Shown in pieces: positions 14,135 to 25,600 of a DNA stretch of 64,000 bases. Below the pieces are notes generated by a model that was not told the DNA's origin, did not search any database, and was given only the letters and a program-made list of their open reading frames with translations. The translations under genes were made by a program, and so were the position numbers. Source of the stretch: Macrostomum lignano (Eukaryota). How positions within the stretch are numbered: position 1 is the first letter of the stretch; each line of letters opens with the position of its first letter. The stretch covers positions 62,001 through 126,000 of the forward strand of contig NIVC01002789.1 in NCBI GenBank assembly GCA_002269645.1. The letters run 5' to 3'.

Positions 14135-14510
14135 GCTATGTTTTAATCCCTAGATCCCAATCCTCAGATCCCAGTCCTTAGATCCCAATCATCAGATCCC
14201 AGTCCTTAGGTCCCAATCCTCAGATCCCAGTCCTTAGATCCCAGTCCTTAGATCCCAGTCCCAATCCCGAGATCCCAACTCTTCAGATTCCAACTCTTCA
14301 GATCCCAATCCTGCGATCCCAATCCTGAGATCCCAATCCTGCGATCCCAATCCTGAGATCCCAATCCTGAGATCCCAATCCAGAGATCCCAATCTTGAGA
14401 TCCCAATCCTGAGATCCCAATCCTGATATCCCAATCCTGAGATCCCAATCCTGAGATCCCAATCCTGAGATCCCAATCTTGAGATCCCAATCCTGAGATC
14501 CCAATCCTGA
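14135..14510. repeat. 14-bp minisatellite with 20-21-bp variants
   Basis: Unit gatcccaatcctga. Confidence 0.9.
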
Positions 14511-15682
14511 GTCCACATCTTAGATCTATCAAAATACTGCATTCGGTTTGGGGTCGGCGAGATCAACGGCCAGTTGCAGGGGCCGGGAGCTGCAGCCGCT
14601 ATTCCAGCGCCCAGAGACCGAAGCGGTGGCCCAGAAATCACAAAGCCAGGCAGTGCAGTGCAGTGGATTTTTCAAAACGCGGGCCTAACAATCTTTGTTG
14701 CAGGTTAAAAAGGCGAAAAGCCGGCCATCGCAATCCGGACAGGCTGACGATCGGAGGAGAAAGCGAAGGAAAGAAAGAGAAGAGTGATGAAAGAAAACTG
14801 CAGCTGATTACGCAACCATCTCGGCTACCAGAGCAGAAACCCCCACATGCTATTTGCGTTCTGAAGCCATGGACATAAGAAAGCTGAAAGCATGATGCAT
14901 CGCTTGTCTGCCGGTTCTAAAAGCTGAAAGCATACAGAATGGCGGACACCCCAGACTCGCAAGGGGGGGGCTGTGCTGTGACGCCATCAATTCATTCAGT
15001 AATCTCTAATCCGCCTCTTCTCTCCGGCACAGAATCCGTGATGAAGAGGGTTCTGTTTCTAAAAACTAAAGAATAATTTCAGAATTCTGACAGTTTTCAG
15101 CCTCTCGAATGCAGAGCTGCTCCCAGAGTTCTACTTTTTCACCCCCCCTTGATCTCCCAAATTGTGTCTCCATTGTTTTGTCCGAGGCGGAATGAGCCTC
15201 ATTAGCCTGGAGTGCTGGCCTGCTGGCTGGTTGGGCCCTAATTATGAATATGCGGATTCGGTGGAATTAGCATTGGCCACTCGGCGATTCACTGCCAGCG
15301 CTGGTGGCTCCGACACATGCGGGGCTGGCGTGCCGAGAGGGGCGCGGGAAATCCCACAATGGGGATGAATTTCGGGGATCGCTGACAGATCCACGGGGCC
15401 CGTCCGGTCCACATTGACGGCAGGTGGGGGATCCGGTGAGGGAGAGGCGCTACTGAGGAGTGGCAGACAGACTGGCTGACTTTTGCTGCTTTTGTCTGCT
15501 TTTATGAGCGCTGGCTGCAGACTTTTTATAGCCTTTGTAGCCTTCTATCTATCTATCTGTCTATCTATGTATAATAACCTACTGAAAGGCTTCGCCTCGG
15601 AGATTCTGCATAGACATTCTCCTCGTTTCAGTTGGTTATTGAAATGTATCCCACGAATGCAAGGAGTGGAGAATACTGACTA

Positions 15683-16080
<398 letters not shown>

Positions 16081-16860
16081 GAATTAGTGACTCCCAATGC
16101 TTTCTAAAGAAGAAAACAGTAACCGGGTGCACAAGGCGAATGCAACACCAGTTAGTGGGGGGGGTGAAGCTGCTGCATGTATCCATGCAGAGGGCAGGCT
16201 GCAGTGCTGGCAAGCCGGCAGACACCCCAATAACCATAAGTCTTAGAAGTCCAGCGCGGAAGTCATGCCGGGTGCGGCCGGGGTGCTTCGCCGCCCTCCC
16301 TCGAGGCGCCGCTGCGCGCCCCACTCCTCAGCTAATCAGCTAATGAGGCGCCGGCGCCCCAGTGAGAAAATCCCCGCCCTATTCTGGAGAATTTCTTCAC
16401 GATAAGATCGGCAGTGGAGGCCCGAAGAAAGGGCGAAGCGGGGATAACGAGTCTGCTGCAAGCGAAGCAGTTTCTGACGGCGGTGGAAATTCCTCCTTGG
16501 CATGGCAGACTGGCAGCCATTGGCTGGCCAACCAGATGCCGGCTGCTCCCTGCAAAGACGCTGCCGTGTTTTTATGCCCAAGGAGCTGTTTGGCAACACA
16601 CAGCCAGACAGACAGGCAGGCAGGCAGGCCAGAGCTGCAGCTCCGAGCATGACATCGGATTCTTCGGGTCTACCGGTTGCGTAACCGGCCGCGCCAAACA
16701 AAGCAGATCGGTGCCGAGCTCGAGCCATAGAAAATCGGAGACGAGAGCAGACAGGCCTGTCAGACAGGGGCAGAGAGGGCGAGCAAAACCTCAACAGCTG
16801 AAGAGCTCAAGCAAACTCATTGTGCCGCGGAGTCTGCCCTGCCCCCAGCAACCCAACAAG

Positions 16861-16861
<1 letters not shown>

Positions 16862-16928
<67 letters not shown>
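16862..16928. repeat. (CT)n microsatellite ~110 bp upstream of the Ig-superfamily gene
   Basis: Direct read. Confidence 0.95.
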
Positions 16929-16933
<5 letters not shown>

Positions 16934-17039
16934 ACTCACTGCCATCGCGCGCGCACACTTATAAGTCGCGCTTATTCTGCCAGCAAGCCCGACCTGTTTA
17001 AACCCCGAGCAGTCCGCACCCGACTCGCGGCCGGAGAAC

Positions 17040-20000
17040 ATGCTGCCTCTCCTGCTAGCAATGCTCATCCTGGGCCCCCCGGCCTCCGCCCAGGTGAGCA
17101 TCAGCGGCCAGTTCGACCCTGCCGGGGCCAAGCAGGCAGCCGGCCGCAGCGTCTCCTTCACCTGCCAGGTGACCAACAAGCAGCCGCTGCTGTCCGTCCG
17201 CCTGACCTGCCCACTGGCCAAGGTCGGCACCATCTGCTTCGAGAACTGCAACCGCATCTGCGCCGACCCCAGCCTGTGCGCTGAGGAGCCGCGCCTGCTG
17301 CGGGTCACCTGCTCGAAGAGCAGCGCCGGCAGCGTGCAGACCTTTGCCTACCGGCTCGACATGCTGGACACCGGCTTCTCCGGCGACTGGGGGTGCAAGC
17401 ACGTGACCTACGAGAGCACCCCGAGGAGCCTCACAGTCTACCCCAGCCCCGCCATCGACTCCCTGGACTTCACCGCCGCCACCGTCGTGGAGTCGCAGTC
17501 GACAGCCGCCCTGTGCGTCGCCCAGCCCACTGTGGGCAGCCTGCGGTTCTCCTGGACCCGGCGCGACGGCCTCAGCATCCCGCACTCCAGCTCCGGGCCC
17601 AACGCCACCGCCTCTCGCCTGACCATCGCCAGCGCTCAGCGCACAGACGACGCCGTCTACGTGTGCACCGTCGAGAACGAAGTCGGCGTCAGCGCCAGCC
17701 GGGAGGCCGGCCTCACCGTCAACTATCCGCCAAGCTCCGTGCGCCTGTCTAGCAGCCTGTCGTCGCCGCTGCAGGCCGGCGTCTCCGTGACCTTCGCCTG
17801 CCAGGTGGGCGGCGGCCGGCCGGAGCCGCTGCGCCGGTTCTACCGGGAGCGCCTCGGACAGTCGCGCGAGGAGCTGCCGGCGGCCACCGTCACTCTGGAG
17901 GCGGCCGACAACGCGGCGAAATTCTACTGCAAAGCGGAGAGCGTCGGCATCATCGGCACGGAGGTCTGGAGCTCCCCGATCGCCTTTTCGGTCTCCTTTC
18001 CGCCCAGCGGCCTCGAGCTGCTGCAGCAGCCGCCGGGGCCGGCGACCGATGGCGGGCCGGCCAAGCAGTTCAGCTGCTCGGCCACCTCCAGCAGCAACCC
18101 GCCCAGCTCGGCCGCCTGGTACTCCATCAGCCCGCTGGGCCTGCAGGAGCAAATCTCGGACAGCCGCGTGTCCGTCAGCCAGACAGACGGGCCGAACTCG
18201 GCCAAGCAGCTGCAGAGCCGGCTGGACATCGCCGCCAGCCGCGACCTCAACGGCTTCAAATTCCGCTGCGTCCTGCTGTACAACTCGCGCGAGATCGGCC
18301 GCAAAGACGTCGCCCTGGAGGTGAAATTTTTGCCGAGCAGCTCCGCGCTGACGGCTAGCCCGGCCGACGGGGTGCTGGAGAACACGGCGCTGACCCTGCT
18401 GTGCCGCGCCGGCTCCGCGAACCCGCCAGCCCGGGTGCACTGGTTCCGGCAGTCCCGCGGCGGCGCCAGCTCGGCCGAGAATGTCACCGTGCAGGCGGTG
18501 GCAACGACGGAGCCGGCGGAGAACCTCGGCACTGCAGTCAGCAGCCGCCTGCTCGTCACGCAGACCAGGCGGGCAGACAACGGCACGGTGTACACCTGCA
18601 CCATCGTCTACGACAGCGCCGCAATCGGCGCCCTGTCCAAGTCGACCTCCGTGCTGGTGCTGTACCCGCCATCCGTCAACGTCACAGTGTCGCCCAGCTC
18701 GCCTCGCGAAGGCGACCCGGTGACGCTGAGCTGCCTGACAACCGGCGGGAGTCCCGACGGCAGCGGCGGCGGCTTCACCTTCGTATGGCGACATCGGAAT
18801 GCCAGCGGCGTCTGGGCGACGCTCGCCAGCGCAACGTCCACTTTGAGCATCGCGTCGGCCAGCTCAGGAGACAACGGCGTCTACCAGTGCTCGGTGGGGT
18901 CCCGCGGTGGCTCCGCCACAGCCTCGGCCGCCCTTAACCTGACCTTCGCCCCGGCCGCCTGGCCGGGCACCCAGTTGGCCGTGTCTTCCCCACTCGGACA
19001 GCCGGCCGAGCTGCTCCTGCGGGTGACGGCCAACCCGCCGCCCAGCGGGGCCGTCTGGCAGCGCCTCGGAGCCGATGGCACCAAGCAGGCGCTGAACCCG
19101 CGCCTGTCCACCGTCAGCAGCGCGGTGAACCTCACCTACCGCCTCGTCATCCCGGAGGTGACCTCGGCTGACTACGGCAACTATGTGTGCACCGTGGCCA
19201 ACTCAGTCGGCACTCGCGACTTCACCTTCAGCTTGAACCGGCCGGGGCCGCCCGCCACCCCCAGCGGCCTGCAGGTGCTGAACACCACGGCGGTGTCCGC
19301 CAACCTGCGCTGGCGCAGTGAATTCAACGGCGGCTTCGAGCAGACCTTCACGCTGCAGTGGCGGCCGCTCGGCAGCTCCGTGTGGAGCGTCGCCAACCAG
19401 AAGACCGGCCTGCGGGACCCCGGCTTCGGCCTGCCCGTCACCGAGACCGTCACCGCGCTGGAGTCGCAGGCCACCTACTATGCGCGAGTCCGAGCAGAGA
19501 ACTTCTACGGCGGCGCGATCAACGTCAGCCCCTTCACCGACGAGGTGGCGCTGACCACCCGGAAGCTGCCGCTGATCCCGGACGCATCGGTGGCGGCCCA
19601 GGTGACCTCCGGGCAGCTGGAGATCCAGTTCACAGCGCCGATGTCGCCGCACTACACCGGGGTGTACGTGAAGCTGTGCAGCCCCGGCTGCGTCCTGCGA
19701 CAGCTGCTGGAGTCGGAGGTCCGCTCAGGCCGCGCCAGCATCCTGCTGCCCGACCCGCAGGCGGCCTACAGCTTCTCCCTGCTGGTGCTGGACGGCCCGG
19801 TCACCGTCTACGAGACCCGCAGCTTCGACGCCCGGCTGAATGCCGCCGCGTCGACCACTCAGGCGAGCACCGCCAGCGCCGGCCTGTCCTTCGAGATCGT
19901 GCTGGGCATCTCCATCGGCAGCGCCGTGGTGGTGGCCATCCTGCTGGCCGCGGTCATCGTCACCGCCATCCTGCAGTGCCGTCGCGGCGGCGGCGACGGA

Positions 20001-20346
20001 GGCGGCGGCCCGGGCGTCGGCAAGTCGATGCGGTCGACCAACTCCAGCGACGTCACCAACGGGTCGGGCGGTTCGCCGGCGGCCATCGCTGCGGGCCACC
20101 CGGTGTGCGGCCAGGCGGTGCAGCTGGGCTACCGCGCCAGCCTGTCCAGCGGGATGGCACCGCAGGACGGCTACTACTGCCCGCCGCCCCCGGCCCTGGG
20201 CTCCGACTGCGGCTGCGGCAACGGCGGCGTCTGCGGCGGCTACGGCTATGGTGGCGGCGGCGGCGGCGGAGGCTTCTCGCCGGGCTCCCGGATGTCGGCT
20301 CAGGAGGCGCCGCTGCACCCGTCGTACTACTCATATCACCTGGCCG

Positions 20347-20392
<46 letters not shown>

Positions 20393-20885
20393 CCACATGT
20401 TGATGATGGCAGCTGCCGCCGCCGCCTCCCGCCAGCGACTCAACGGCACTAGCAACGGCTCCCTGAACAGCCAGCAGCCGCAGCAGCAGCACGGCAGGAT
20501 GCTGACGCCCGACCTGGTCCAGTCGGAGACTCCGGCGGGCGCAACGGAGCTGATCAGGTACAGCAGCCGCATCTCCTTGGCGAGCAGCCGCAGCGGCTTC
20601 AGCGTCATCCCGGCGACCTCCAGTGCGGCTGCGACGTCAACGCCAGCAGCAACTGGCGCTTCTTCGGCGCCGCCGGTCACTAGCGCCACCGCTGAGACGG
20701 CCTTCGCGTTCCCCAGCGGCGGCGGAGGTGGCGGCGGCGGCGGATTTCGCATCGTTGCCGGCAACGGCGGCCTGTCGGACATCGGCGCCGCTCTGCACAG
20801 CCTGCAGCAGCAGCCGACCTTCGTGGCGTCGCCGCTGACGCCGCACCTCGAGTCCAACATGGAGGCCATTGAGAACTACGTGTGA
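17040..20885 (+). CDS. Single-exon type I membrane Ig-superfamily adhesion protein, echinoid/nephrin-like (signal peptide, 7 Ig, 1 clear plus 1 degenerate FN3, TM, ~300-aa low-complexity tail), 1281 aa
   Basis: Uninterrupted ORF with strong GC3 bias. Signal peptide MLPLLLAMLILGPPASA. Ig F-strand motifs such as DDAVYVC, DNAAKFYC, DLNGFKFRC, DNGTVYTC, DNGVYQC and DYGNYVC. FN3 segment LRWRSEFNGGFEQTFTLQW resembles nephrin/echinoid/sidestep FN3. TM IVLGISIGSAVVVAILLAAVIVTAIL (~19896-19973). Tail has poly-Q (14) and poly-G and ends ENYV. Orthology not resolved. Confidence 0.9.
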
Positions 20886-21556
20886 GCTGCCTAGAATCCA
20901 AAAAGGACTTCACTAGGAAGTTGTTATACTTTGAGTATAAATTTTAAATATGTTTAGTAGAATAACTCTTTGCAGAGTGGAGACCAATTATCAATCAAAT
21001 AAGTTTAAATTGGATAATAAAGTTTAACAAAAAATCACTGCTCATTTTTCTTTGAAAACTTTAAGTTACTAGTTAGTTCCTAGAAATTATCATTTGAATT
21101 AATAAGGCCAATTTTGTTTAACTGGACTCTCAAATCACCGACCGCAACTTTAATTTGCACAAATCATTTGCTCTTAACGTATTCGTCCACTGGCTTTGAC
21201 TGCTAACTTTATAATTATAGAATTTTAATGTAGACTTTTAGCACCTGTCCATAAATTATCTCAAGCTCAGTCATTTCTTGCTCAGCTGTGAGATCCTCGC
21301 TGAAGTGACCGTCTTATTTGCTTCAACTTAAAGCAATAATATTTGTTTTAACTGATGAAACGATATTTATTGAATCATTTTCAACCTCACGGCTTGCAAT
21401 AAGTTTCATTGCTGACACTCTGCCCTGATTTTCTCGTGTTTTCGAAACTCCGGAACCTCTGTAAAAAATATAAAAATCATTAATTATATTGCTTCCTGTA
21501 CACAAATCTTCGAGAATGACAACACAATAAAATTGTTTTGTTTAATTGCTTTGTGG

Positions 21557-22050
21557 AGAGTAGAGGAGACGAGAGGAGAGGAGAGGAGATGAGAGAGAAG
21601 AGAGGAGAGGAGAGGAGATGAGAGGAGATGAGAGGAGAGGAGAGGAGAGGAGAGGAGAGGAGACGAGAGGAGAGGAGAGGAGAGGAGAGGAGATGAGAGA
21701 GAAGAGAGGAGAGGAGAGGAGATGAGAGGAGAGGAGAGGAGAGGAGAGGAGAGGAGAGGAGACGAGAGGAGACGAGAGGAGAGGAGAGGAGAGGAGAGGA
21801 GATGAGAGGAGAGGAGAGGAGAGGAGAGGAGAGGAGACGAGAGGAGAGGAGAGGAGAGGAGAGGAGAGGAGATGAGAGAGAAGGGAGGAGAGATAAGACA
21901 GGAGAGAGATAAGATAGGAATGATAAGAGAGGAGAGATGAGATATGAGTGATAAGAGAGGAGAGATGAGATAGGAATGATAAGAGAGGAGAGATGAGATA
22001 TGAGTGATAAGAGAGGAGAGATGAGATAGGAATGATAAGAGAGGAGAAAA
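21557..22050. repeat. GA-rich simple repeat, mainly (GAGAG)n
   Basis: Direct read. Confidence 0.93.
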
Positions 22051-22687
22051 GACGAGAAGCCGGAGGCAGACGTTCGGAGATCTCTGAGCTCCGGTGGATC
22101 CGCAGCAGACAGCCACGGCAGCGGCAGGGCGCCAGCACACAGTCAGGAATGCATCAGGAAGTCCCTCGTGCCCGGGCCTCTCAGACAGCTGCATGGAGGG
22201 TTATAAAAGCTGTGGGTGCGCGGCTGAAGAGGGTGCCGATAGATCACAGCTGAGGAATGCGCTCCGACCGGGGGATCGGGGCCTCAAGAAAAAAGTCTGG
22301 CTCTGATTCGGGCAGCGCAGCAAAGCGGAGCCGACTTGCATGTTCATTGTGAAAGTCGCACTTCCGCAAAATACAAGCGGGCAGTGGCTGCACCCGGTCG
22401 GCTGTGACTAATCACTGGCAGACTCGGGCCTGACCTTCGTGTCCTGAAGCCGCTGGTGGGCGTTTCAGCGCTGGCCGTGATGCTGTTTTGCTCCACTTAG
22501 CTGCAAGACTGCTTTTACAAGCCACTCTGAAGGGCAATCAGAATTGGAATGCGCTGAAAAATAAAAAATGAACAACAAAAACTTGTTGGCTAACTTTTTG
22601 TGTGCATCGCTTGCATCGGCTGTACAGCGTCGTCCTGAGTTCGATTTTAGCTTGACTGTTTAAAGTTTGAGTAGTTCAGCTAAAAAG

Positions 22688-25600
22688 GACCCACAGAACT
22701 TCTTGACCCACTGAACTCCTTGACCCACTGAACTCCTTGACCCACTGAACTCCTTGAACCAAAGAACTCCTTGACCCACTGAACTCCTTGACCCACTGAA
22801 CTCCTTGATCCAAAGAACTGCTTGACCCACTGAACTCCTTGAAACACTGAACTTCTTGACCCAAAGAACTCCTTGACCCACTGAACTCCTTGACCCACTG
22901 AACTCCTTGACCCACTGAACTCCTTGACCCATTGAACTCCTTGACCCACTGAACTCCTTGACCAATGGAACTGCTTGACCAAAAGAACTCCTTGACCCAC
23001 TGAACTCCTTGACCCATTGAACTCCTTGACCCACTGAACTCCTTAAAACACTGAACTGCTTGACCCACTGAACTTCTTGACCCAAAGAACTCCTTGACCC
23101 ACTGAACTCCTTGACACACTGAACTTCTTGACCCAAAGAACTCCTTGACCCACTGAACTCCTTGACCCACTGAACTCCTTGACCCACTGAACTCCTTGAC
23201 CCACTGAACTCCTTGACCCATTGAACTCCTTGACCCACTGAACTCCTTGACCCACTAAACTCCTTGACCCATTGAACTCCTTGACCCACTGAACTCCTTG
23301 ACCCACGGAACTGCTCGACCCACTGAACTCCTTGACCCACGGAACTCCTTGAACCAAAGAACTCCTTGACCCACGGAACTCCTTGACCCACTGAACTCCT
23401 TGATCCAAAGAACTGCTTGACCCACTGAACTCCTTGACCAATGGAACTGCTTGACCCACTGAACTCCTTGACCAATGGAACTGCTTGACCCACTGAACTC
23501 CTTGACCCACTGAACTCCTTGACCCACTGAACTCCTTGACCCACTAAACTCCTTGACCCACTGAACTCCTTGAAACACTGAACTCCTTGACCCACTGAAC
23601 TCCTTGAAACACTGAACTGCTTGACCCACTGAACTTCTTGACCCAAAGAACTCCTTGACCCACTGAACTCCTTGAAACACTGAACTCCTTGACCCACTGA
23701 ACTCCTTGAAACACTGAACTGCTTGACCCACTGAACTTCTTGACCCAAAGAACTCCTTGACCCACTGAACTCCTTGACCCACTGAACTGCTTGACCCACG
23801 GAACTCCTTGACCCACTGAACTCCTTGAAACACTGAACTGCTTGACCCACGGAACTCCTTGACCCACTGAACTCCTTGACCAATGGAACTGCTTGACCCA
23901 CTGAACTCCTTGACCAATGGAACTGCTTGACCCACTGAACTCCTTGACCCACTGAACTCCTTGACCCACTGAACTCCTTGACCCACGGAACTCCTTGACC
24001 CACGGAACTCCTTGACCCACTGAACTCCTTGACCCACTAAACTCCTTGACCCACTGAACTCCTTGACCCACTGAACTCCTTGACCCACGGAACTCCTTGA
24101 CCCACTGAACTCCTTGACCCACGGAACTGCTCGACCCACTGAACTCCTTGACCCACGGAACTCCTTGACCCACTGAACTCCTTGAAACACTGAACTGCTT
24201 GACCCACTGAACTTCTTGACCCAAAGAACTCCTTGACCCACTGAACTCCTTGACCCACTGAACTCCTTGACCCACTGAACTCCTTGACCCACGGAACTCC
24301 TTGACCCAAAGAACTCCTTGACCCACTGAACTCCTTAAAACACTGAACTGCTTGACCCACAGAACTGCTTGACCCACGGAACTCCTTGACCCACTGAACT
24401 CCTTGACCCACTGAACTCCTTGACCCACTGAACTCCTTGACCCACTGAACTCCTTGAAACACTGAACTGCTTGACCCACTGAACTTCTTGACCCAAAGAA
24501 CTCCTTGACCCACGGAACTCCTTGACCCACTGAACTCCTTGACCCACTGAACTCCTTGACCCACGGAACTCCTTGAACCAAAGAACTCCTTGACCCACGG
24601 AACTCCTTGACCCACGGAACTGCTCGACCCACTGAACTCCTTGAAACACTGAACTGCTTGACCCACTGAACTTCTTGACCCAAAGAACTCCTTGACCCAC
24701 GGAACTCCTTGACCCACTGAGCTCCTTGACCCACGGAACTGCTCGACCCACTGAACTCCTTGACCCACGGAACTCCTTGAACCAAAGAACTCCTTGACCC
24801 ACGGAACTCCTTGACCCACTGAACTCCTTGACCCACGGAACTGCTCGACCCACTGAACTCCTTGAAACACTGAACTGCTTGACCCACTGAACTTCTTGAC
24901 CCAAAGAACTCCTTGACCCACTGAACTCCTTGACCCACTGAACTCCTTGACCCACTGAACTCCTTGACCCACGGAACTCCTTGACCCAAAGAACTCCTTG
25001 ACCCACTGAACTCCTTGAAACACTGAACTGCTTGACCCACAGAACTGCTTGACCCACGGAACTCCTTGACCCACTGAACTCCTTGACCCACTGAACTCCT
25101 TGACCCACTGAACTCCTTGACCCACTGAACTCCTTGAAACACTGAACTGCTTGACCCACTGAACTTCTTGACCCAAAGAACTCCTTGACCCACGGAACTC
25201 CTTGACCCACTGAACTCCTTGACCCACTGAACTCCTTGACCCACGGAACTCCTTGAACCAAAGAACTCCTTGACCCACGGAACTCCTTGACCCACGGAAC
25301 TGCTCGACCCACTGAACTCCTTGAAACACTGAACTGCTTGACCCACTGAACTTCTTGACCCAAAGAACTCCTTGACCCACGGAACTCCTTGACCCACTGA
25401 GCTCCTTGACCCACGGAACTGCTCGACCCACTGAACTCCTTGACCCACGGAACTCCTTGAACCAAAGAACTCCTTGACCCACGGAACTCCTTGACCCACT
25501 GAACTCCTTGACCCACGGAACTGCTCGACCCACTGAACTCCTTGAAACACTGAACTGCTTGACCCACTGAACTTCTTGACCCAAAGAACTCCTTGACCCA

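Noticed and set aside
17011-17039. AG 27 nt before the Ig-gene ATG, also in frame
   Set aside because: No adjacent pyrimidine tract and several other AGs nearby; counting it as a trans-splice site would be cherry-picking.
17055-20869. Antisense and alternative-frame ORFs over the Ig gene (579 aa, 364 aa and others)
   Set aside because: Expected shadows of a GC3-rich coding sequence; no recognisable domains.
21244-21462. Minus-strand segment between a good acceptor and a possible donor (idea: a host gene with the Ig gene nested in its intron)
   Set aside because: All three frames contain stops and no linking exons were found.
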